From an uncultured Hormoscilla sp. (lineage in GTDB: Bacteria; Cyanobacteriota; Cyanobacteriia; Cyanobacteriales; Desertifilaceae), in contig OZ001293.3 of NCBI GenBank assembly GCA_963921275.4, forward strand, positions 5,056,001-5,120,000: a stretch of 64,000 nt of DNA, written 5' to 3'. Made by a program: the position numbers and the translations under genes. The first letter of the stretch is position 1. Each line of letters opens with the position of its first letter. Below the pieces are notes generated by a model. It had not been told where the DNA came from and did not search any database. It saw nothing but the letters and a program-made list of their open reading frames with translations. Shown here piece by piece: positions 55,738-64,000 of this stretch.

Positions 55738-57222
55738 ATGCCCACTCAAACCCTGCCCAATATACCAGAAATTATTGACGGATTGCCCAATATCTGCGGT
55801 TGGGAAGCAGAAATAAATTCCGTCGTGCAAGGGTCAAAACCGGTCTTTTTACCCAGCACAAATATCCGCTTAGAACAGGTAACCTCCGCCTTTGCGATCG
55901 CCCTCCACATGCACCAACCCACCATCCCGGCAGGCGCAAATGGCGAACTAATTAGCAATCTGCAATACATGTTTGAACATCCCCAGGAAGGGGACAATCA
56001 CAATGCGGGTCCATTTGCCAATTGTTACAGCCGCATGGGTGATATTATACCGGAACTGGTAGCACGAGGTTGCAATCCCCGCGTCATGCTAGATTATTCG
56101 GGAAATCTGTTGTGGGGCTTGCGGCAAATGGGACGGGGAGATATCATAGAAAAGCTTCAGGGCATTACATGCGATCAGGCTTATCAACCCCATGTAGAAT
56201 GGTTGGGGACAATGTGGAGTCATGCAGTGGTGCCATCCACCCCCATACCGGATATCAAACTGCACATCCAAGCATGGCAACAGCAATTTGCCAGCATATT
56301 TGGGTTAGAAGCATTAGGGCGAGTCAAGGGGTTTTCGCCGCCAGAGATGGCATTACCAAACCACCCGGACACCCTGTTTGAATTTATTAAAGCCCTGAAG
56401 GCATGTGGCTATCGCTGGCTATTAGTGCAAGAACATACGGTGGAGACCCTGGAGGGCCAACCCATACCCGAAAAATACCTGCCCAACCGTCTGATCGCCC
56501 GGAATGGCAAGGGAGAAACCATCAGCATCACGGCCTTAATCAAAACCCAGGGTTTCGATACGAAACTGGTAGGTCAGATGCAGCCCTATTATGAAGCCAA
56601 AACCAGGGTAAAACAGCAGCTAGGGGATATAGAAGTCCCCTCATTAGTCACGCAAATAGGGGATGGCGAGAATGGGGGGGTGATGATGAATGAATTTCCC
56701 TCCGCCTTCCAGCAAGCGTGGCAAGAAATGGCCCAGAATGTAGTGGGAGTCAACGGCACGGAATATCTAGAACTAATAGCAGCAGCCGGTTGCCATCCCG
56801 ATCATTATCCCTCTTGTCAGGCAGTAGGTCAACAGGAAATATGGTCGCGCGTGGACCTAGAGAACTGCACCCCCGCAGCAGTAGAACAGGCGATCGCCTG
56901 CATCAAAGAAGACAATCCCAATTATCATATAGAGGGAGCATCTTGGACAAATAACATCAGTTGGGTAAAGGGGTACGAGAACGTGTTAGGGCCGATGAAT
57001 CAACTCAGCGCCAAGTTTCACGAAAAGCTGGACCCATTGGGCAGAGTCAGGGAAAATATTACTCAGTCTTCCGATTTTTCCGGAACGGTGTATCGTCAAG
57101 CACTGCTTTACAACCTGTTACTTCAGACTAGCTGTTTTCGTTACTGGGGACAAGGAACCTGGACCGACTACGCCCGGGAGATTTACCAAAGGGGCGAGTC
57201 TTACCTCAGAAATGCATTCTAA
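55738..57222 (+). CDS. Glycoside hydrolase family 57-like protein
   Basis: ALHMHQP, GFSPPEM, QTSCFRYWGQG. Confidence 0.8.
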   Translation: MPTQTLPNIPEIIDGLPNICGWEAEINSVVQGSKPVFLPSTNIRLEQVTSAFAIALHMHQPTIPAGANGELISNLQYMFEHPQEGDNHNAGPFANCYSRMGDIIPELVARGCNPRVMLDYSGNLLWGLRQMGRGDIIEKLQGITCDQAYQPHVEWLGTMWSHAVVPSTPIPDIKLHIQAWQQQFASIFGLEALGRVKGFSPPEMALPNHPDTLFEFIKALKACGYRWLLVQEHTVETLEGQPIPEKYLPNRLIARNGKGETISITALIKTQGFDTKLVGQMQPYYEAKTRVKQQLGDIEVPSLVTQIGDGENGGVMMNEFPSAFQQAWQEMAQNVVGVNGTEYLELIAAAGCHPDHYPSCQAVGQQEIWSRVDLENCTPAAVEQAIACIKEDNPNYHIEGASWTNNISWVKGYENVLGPMNQLSAKFHEKLDPLGRVRENITQSSDFSGTVYRQALLYNLLLQTSCFRYWGQGTWTDYAREIYQRGESYLRNAF

Positions 57223-57280
57223 CAGATAATTCTCATCTTTTGTGTGATCTGCTGTCGGAGCAATTAGCAATTAGCAAATT

Positions 57281-58081
57281 ATGAATTACCATGCTAGAGA
57301 GAACTTAATACAAGCGATCGCCGCTGCCGGAATGGCCCTGTTGTGCGGAGGTGCGATCGCCTTTTTGCAAATCCCGCAACTCAAGCAACTTGAAGCGGAC
57401 CCAAACCTAGCAACACCAGAAAAACTGCAGAGGGAAGTTGCAGCAGAAAAAGCTAAACTAAAATTACTCCAGCAGATGCCCGGATTTGGTTTTGATAACT
57501 TAATAGCAAACTGGACAATGGTCCTGTTTTTAATCTACTTTGGAGATGAACCCGCCCGCGCCCAAACAGACTACAGTCTGAGTCCAGAATATTTTGAAGT
57601 GATAGTCGATCGCGACCCCCGCTTTCTGGATGCTTATTTGTTCCTATCTTCCAGCGTATCGCTTTATGCAGCCATGCCAGAACGATCGATCGCTATGCTT
57701 GACAAGGTATTAAGGTTACTAGATCCCCAAGTACCTCCCAAATCTTATTACATTTGGCGTTATAAAGCTATTGACGAGTTATTATTTTTGGGAGATGGTA
57801 AAGCAGCGAAAAAGTCATTTGAGATGGCCGCAGACTGGGCTAGCAATTATTCTGACCCAGAAAGCAAAGCTGTAGCAGCAGTTTCTCGTCAAACAGCGGC
57901 ATACTTAGCCGGTAACCCCGATAGTAAAACAGCTCAGATTTCCGCCTGGGTTATGGTATTAAATAATGCGGTAGACGATCGCACTCGCAAAAGGGCGATC
58001 GATCGTATCAGAACCCTAGGCGGAAGGATAGAAACCACTCCTTCGGGGGCTTTACAGATTATTACGCCACGAGAAGATTAA
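57281..58081 (+). CDS. Conserved cyanobacterial hypothetical protein with an N-terminal TM segment
   Basis: GFGFDNLIANW, YFGDEPAR, RDPRFLDAY. Confidence 0.7.
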   Translation: MNYHARENLIQAIAAAGMALLCGGAIAFLQIPQLKQLEADPNLATPEKLQREVAAEKAKLKLLQQMPGFGFDNLIANWTMVLFLIYFGDEPARAQTDYSLSPEYFEVIVDRDPRFLDAYLFLSSSVSLYAAMPERSIAMLDKVLRLLDPQVPPKSYYIWRYKAIDELLFLGDGKAAKKSFEMAADWASNYSDPESKAVAAVSRQTAAYLAGNPDSKTAQISAWVMVLNNAVDDRTRKRAIDRIRTLGGRIETTPSGALQIITPRED

Positions 58082-58188
58082 GGCATCGGGTGCATCTCAC
58101 TTTCGCAAAGGTACATTAATAATACATGCAATTTAGCCCGCGCAGGCGAACTTTGTTTGTGTAACCGGACCCTTTAGGGTTCGGGCGA

Positions 58189-61100
58189 CTAAGATGCCAA
58201 AAAACTGATATTGGGTAGATCGTTGAGTTCGCAGCAGGGGAGGTTTGTCGCCTTGACCCGGGCGATCGCCTCTTGATTTTCGTTCTCCAACCCAATGCGA
58301 GAATGGATGCGGGACAACAAAGCTGACCACTGCATTTCGCTCAACTGTCCTATTAGTGTAATTTCTGGTCCATCATCAACATCTAAATCTTCTGACATCA
58401 GCAGACTCATGACTACGCTACATATAGCTGCATCCGCATCTTCATCAGAAATGTTGCTAGTGTCTACCAAGAGAGTCATCTGGCTTTTATCTGGGTGAGT
58501 TATAACCGTCCCGAACACTCCTGCTAATTCCTCACCTAGGGACTCTTCTGGCGCAGACCAATCTGGGAAGATAATTATATTAACATCTTTCAAGTTCAAA
58601 CCTAGGAGAGTTGCATCCATCAAAGCAGAACTCACCTTTGCCGCCATTCTTGACCAAGAAAACTTTTTCGCCTGTTCCAGTCCCGCTGCGATCGACGAGT
58701 TGCGCACACCAGGCTTTTGCACCTCACAAAGCGCATTCACTAGCCCATCGACATCCTCATCATGCACGTATATTGCTGCTTCTCCTGTTACTTCAGGGAT
58801 AGATGCGTTGGGAGAAGTAATCACGGGACATCCACAAGCCATGGCCTCAAGAACAGGTAACCCGAACCCTTCATACTTGGATGGATATACTAATGCGATC
58901 GCGCCCGAATAAGCAGCACTCAGTTCTTCGTCGCTGAGTTGCAGCATATGAACCACAACCCCTGACGTATAACTTCTCAATTCAGATGCTAATAAACCTC
59001 CGCGTCCAGTACCGACTATCTCAAATCCTTGATACGTGCAAAGTTTCGAGAAAGCTTTGAAGAACAAAATCGTATTTTTATAACCCGTTTCCGGTCCGAC
59101 CAGCAGAAAGTATGGTTTGCCAATTCCGTATTTAGTTTTAAAGCCATTAATCTCCTCAGAACTAGCTGGCGTAAACGGACTTTTAACCCCGCAATGGGCG
59201 ACCGTAACAGACGGGATGTCCGGGAAAAACTTGACTAAATCACGGGCCGTATTCTCAGAAATAGTAATATAGCCAGAAGCTTCTTGGATGCTGCGATGTT
59301 TTTCTCTCCACATGGGTTCGTTTATATTCGCACCCAACCGTTCCGGTATCATGTCATAACCCATAAATACCGAGGGCGTAGACAGAGGCGTTGTATAGTA
59401 AGTTGAAATAAATAATTCCGCCCCCTCTTCATCGCATACTTGTTGTAACATTTCACGATCAGCATCCGTTCTGCTGTAGTCATAAGCTAGCACAGTCCGA
59501 TACCATATTCCCGGAATTTTCGGGGCCGTTCCCACTCGGTCGAGAACCACAATATGTTTAGCAAAATCATGCTTACTCCATTCTGACAGCAATGAACTCC
59601 AGACCCGGGCAATGCCAGTTTGATAGAGCTGGAAAAATACACCGTCAATTACAATTGTGGGAGCTTGTCTCTGTTTTTTGAATTTACCCCAATACAACTC
59701 CTCCGGTAGAGCAAACCGCCAAATGTTGCTGTTGGAATCTTTTTGGGCTATTGGCACCACGCCGCATGCAGAAGCAGTGTCTGCCCTCGTTTCGTCCTGC
59801 ACCCAGGAAAAATACTCCCGCAATAAAACTGGAAATTGAGTCTGGTTTTGCAACGCCATCCATTGCGAAACGGCATCTTGATAACCATAATATTTCTCCT
59901 TAAACTTCAACTGGTCTGGGGTGACATAAGCAAAATGCTGGAACACCAAACCCTCTTTCTCCGTTTCTTCATGTCGAAAAGGGTTGACTGCTGCCACGTT
60001 CCGCCCTTGACTATCAGGTTGCGGTTTAACTAATATCGGAGGTTCGTTAGCAGCCCAGGACATCCCCGGTTTATACTTCCAAGTACGCAACCAGTCTTGT
60101 TTGGGATTCTGAGCGTAGCAATTGCGTGTACTGATAACCATATTTTCGCCCACAAAATACCAACACCAGTAGAAAGCAGCAGTTTTGTCAGGATTGTTGA
60201 CGAACATTTTTCTGGCAGTACATATCTGTTCCAACGTCCACAGTTCATCTACATCTACTTGCCACAGCAAACATTCTTCCTGGATATTGGCTAGGGGTGC
60301 ATTCACCATTTCACGTTTTCCCTCCCAGAAAACACCCTCCGGTTTACAGTAGACCGTGATATTTTCCGGATACAGCCGCGCCAGTTCGTCTAGGTATTCT
60401 GACGTGCCGTCATTGCTACGCCCCTTCCGATGGATTTCATCGGTTATCTGTCCTCCACGCTGCAAACACCAGGCTGTATCGTGCTTCAAGTCAGCAACGC
60501 CCTCAATAATGTGCCAATGCCACGTTATAGGGAGTTGCTTGAACTGTTCTATATGGTAGCGGATAAAAGGTTGACCGTTGAGAACAATGGTAAAGAAATG
60601 GATTGGTAATGTATCAAACAGCTTAGTCAGTTTAGTAAACGGCGGCTTAAATGCTATTCCAGTTCCCGTACCATAGCTATCCTCAATAAACAGATAATCT
60701 GTAAACTTGCTCTTATATTCTTTCCACAGCCCACCTAGTTCGGGATGGGCATGGTGGGCAATGTCATCAAACACCAATGCCCCGCCAGGAGCCATATGAC
60801 TAAAGGCGATATCCAAGTCACTTTTTGCCCCAACGTAGGTGTGGTCTCCATCAATATTAATTAAGTCAAACTCTTGGGGATTGTCTGGATTCGCAAAAAA
60901 GGATGGTAGTTTTTCTTGAGAGTTTCCCTGTATCAAGCTGGGTATGTTTTTTATTTCCAGATTACGCAGTTCTGAAATCACAAACTCAGGACCAGGATTA
61001 TGCGTTCCAGCGTACTCTTGGATCCACAAATCAAAGCCATAGGCTTTAGTTTCTGGTGATTCAACCAAAACCTGAGCAAGCGATCGCTTCCGGCGCACCC

Positions 61101-63315
61101 CAACCTCCAAATAGTTTTTGGGTTGAAAATTACGTGCGTACCAATTCAAGAATGAAATTAAATCAAACCAATTGGATTGGTCTGGTGATGGATTAGCATA
61201 ACTTTTTAAATCATTAGATAACCAGTGATCTCGAGTCAGGCGGGAAATAATTGAGTAAACTCTTTGTTTAACTTCTGGATTTGCAATGGAAACAACTAAG
61301 TTATCTCCCAGTTTTTCTTTTGTGGATAACAATGAAACGATATAACGGGAGCCTTGGAACGATTGTAATTGCTAGGCGATCGCCTCTTCAACCCGATGAC
61401 TCTGGGAAATTGACTGTGAAGTTTCCCCATTGCTGATATAATAATCTTGCAGATGCACTGGCAAGTGCCATTGAACTCGTGGATCTGCCTGGTGGATAAC
61501 TGGTTCAACATTCCCGCGCCAAGCAACTCCCATGATTTGAGCTGTCTGGTATACCATTGTCTTCCAACCTTTTCCCTTCAGGTAGTTCAATCCTTGCGCT
61601 ACATCTGGTGATACTAGATCGTGGAAGAGAATTAAAGCATCTTGTTCTGCAAATTTCTCGCATGCGATCGCGTCATTCAGAGGTCCTGGTGCTTCGTGAT
61701 TACCATCAATAAAAATAATTGACCATTTGCGCTGCTGTTGCTGCCCCAACTCTTCTACTTTATTGGGACTATAGCCAGCTATTAAATTTACCTTTTCCCA
61801 CACCCCTGCTGCCCTGAGCGAACTCCTCACACTTTCATAAAACTCCGATCTGGCTAACAATGGATCTATAACATCTAGTTCAACTTCTGCTGAAGCAAAA
61901 TGACAGGCTGACCATCCTAACCAACAGCCGATCTCCAAACATCTCTTCCCCTTAAACTGGAGCGCACTATTGTAAAGAATATGAGCTTCATCTCTATTAA
62001 TAAATCCTACTGTTGGCTGTCGCTTGTCTACATATATATTATGTGGAATGCCTCTGCGCTCGTACTTCCATGACGAATAGCCAGATCCCACAGCTATCAT
62101 ATTTGGGAAGTTTTCATCAGGTCTAATAATTGACAACCCTGGTGAAACATAATCTCCCGCAGGTAATAAAGCCTGCTCTACTTCTTCCATGTACTCTTTG
62201 ACCATTTTTTCTCCCCTGAACATCTTTTCTGCTCGCTTCTTGCAAGCCTGACCAATTTCTTGAGGTAATTCTACATTCTCAGTCCAAGATTCAATAGTCC
62301 TGACTAACTCTCCTACTGTAGCTCGCGGATTAATTGTTGGAGAGGTTAGCAACTTGCCAGTATCGCCCAACTGTTCTGGGATACCGCTTACCGCTGAAGC
62401 AATAACTGGTAATCCCTTTGCCATTGCTTCCATTACTGCCAATGGCATTCCTTCAGCTTCCGAAGGCAAAACAAAAATATCGCTTGCATCTAGCCAATTT
62501 GGGATATCCCAACGCTCTCCCAAAAACTTTACTTTTTCAATTACCCCTTGCGCTTCTACTTCTTTCCTCAGTGGAGCTTCTAAACTTCCCGCACCTGCCC
62601 AGACAAAATAAATTTTATCCCATACTGGATTTTATTTTAGATGTTTAATTGCCTCTAGTTGATATTGGTAGCCTTTTACCGATACTAAGCGAGATGCTGT
62701 AAAACAAACCACTGCATCTAATGGTATACCAAACTCTTGGCGCAGACTTTCGCGAACTGATGGATCCCGGGGGATAAAATACTCCTCTGGACGTCCATAA
62801 TAGATAACTTTTCCCTTCTCTTGTGGTAATCTAAATAGCTGATGTAATAGCTTCAGGTTCTCTTGCGACACAGCAATAACCGTTTCTGCTTGATTATATT
62901 GCTCATATAGTTGTTCTAAGTAATCAGCAAAGCGTTTTGCTAGGTATGGTGCTACAAACCCTATAACTGCAATATAGGGGATTCCCATTTCCATAGCCAC
63001 CTGCTTAGCAGCAAAATTGGAAAAAGGACAACAGTCGTTAAAAATAACTAAATCAGCTTGAGCACTTGTAAAAATTATTTTAACCTCCGCGTGATTATTT
63101 AAACTTTTACCAAACTCTTGAGCAGTGTCAAATTTTAACCATATGTGTTTAATTCCCATTTCCATTTGACTCGTCACCAAAGGATTCGATGTTTTTGTTT
63201 GCACGCCAACTACCTGATAACCCTGCTTTACTAATTCATTTAAGATTAGGTGGTTAATTCGTGCCACTCCGTAAACTCCATGATCGTCTGTATATACTAT
63301 GATATTTTTGCTCAT
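58189..63315 (-). pseudogene. Giant multidomain glycosyltransferase/methyltransferase (~1708 codons) with two in-frame stops
   Basis: ORFs 62632-63315, 61372-62523 and 58189-61332 share one frame; EGMPLAVMEAM and EGFGLPVLEAM (GT4), IFIDGNH and INIDGDH (SAM MTase). Confidence 0.8.
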
Positions 63316-63352
63316 TTTATTTTTTCCTCAATTCTCAATTCTGTCCTTTCTT

Positions 63353-63733
63353 TTACGATCCTGTTTCTGCTTGACTCTCTCCCACCTGCTCTTGTAGTTC
63401 CTCTAATAATATTTTATAATTACGGCGATCGGGAAACAACTGCACTAGCTTCGACAAAGGCCCGATCGCACCTCTAGCATTCTTCCTCTGGAGCCGCACT
63501 GACACCAGTTTCTCTAATGCTACCTGATTTTGTGGCTCTCGCTGTAAAACTTTTTCATATCCTCTCTCTTGTGCTGCCAGTCTATCCTCTATTTTGGGAG
63601 CTGTCGCTTCACTGGATACCGGTTGTGTCAGAGCATCCCGGAATATTGAGGTTATAGCCAACGCTGTGGAGCCTAAGAATGCCCCTCCTCCTACTATAGC
63701 AAGAACCCGATGCCAAATCGGTTTTTTTGACAT
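63353..63733 (-). CDS. TPR-containing membrane-anchored protein
   Basis: TM segment, then GYEKVLQREPQNQVALEKL. Confidence 0.75.
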   Translation of the reverse strand: MSKKPIWHRVLAIVGGGAFLGSTALAITSIFRDALTQPVSSEATAPKIEDRLAAQERGYEKVLQREPQNQVALEKLVSVRLQRKNARGAIGPLSKLVQLFPDRRNYKILLEELQEQVGESQAETGS

Positions 63734-64000
63734 ATCTCATCCCTCCGTCACCTGAGTACACCAGCGATATGTGATGACTCACTGCTCCGGAGCGAGCCCT
63801 TATATACCCTACCCCATCCTGCGACCATCTTTACACAAATTTTATTTTTCATTACGGATACCAGTCCCTCCACCTAATGACAGTGGTTTAATTGCGATCG
63901 TTCACCGTTCATCTGTGAGCCTCATATTTATTATACCCCTTTCTGCTGCCGCTGCGATCGACTTTGAAAGTCGATCGCTTTGTTGGGAGTCTAGCCCGCG

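Noticed and set aside
34205..62634. Stop-codon reassignment (TAA/TAG read as Gln)
   Set aside because: Core genes (gyrB, ado, aar, accA, folE) end normally in TAA/TAG, and frameshifts co-occur, so decay is the simpler explanation.
1..64000. tRNA or rRNA genes
   Set aside because: None were recognised by eye; tRNAscan-SE and Infernal would be needed to exclude them.

Overview
Cyanobacterial chromosome segment: many HIP1 GCGATCGC sites, an ado-aar-accA-folE cluster, bicA-nhaS3 and DUF29. It shows heavy mobile-element load and gene decay, which is consistent with a filamentous cyanobacterium in early genome degradation (inference). Intact-looking genes include gyrB with a 435-aa HNH-type intein, a response regulator, bicA, a YcjF/DUF697 GTPase, a fabF-like gene, an HI0933 flavoprotein, rubredoxin, ado, aar, accA, folE, a GNAT, yjbQ and a GH57. 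Mobile DNA: five group II introns (three ORF-less, two of them near-identical 871-nt copies, plus two with broken RT ORFs), nested IS630/ISL3, IS607, ISL3/IS982 and IS5/IS66 elements, MITEs and REP-like hairpins. There are decayed defence-type loci (type II R-M, Septu-like PtuAB with a NERD/helicase, and an AAA ATPase with a partner gene). The most unusual signals are: (i) a family of 15/18/24-nt frame-preserving micro-insertions that land almost always just after CGA; (ii) a 240-bp in-frame nest of palindromic mini-elements inside fabF; (iii) recently mobile ORF-less introns that appear to end in ATCC; and (iv) tandem arrays of putative extended -10 promoters upstream of defence-like genes. 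All calls were made by eye, with no database searches.
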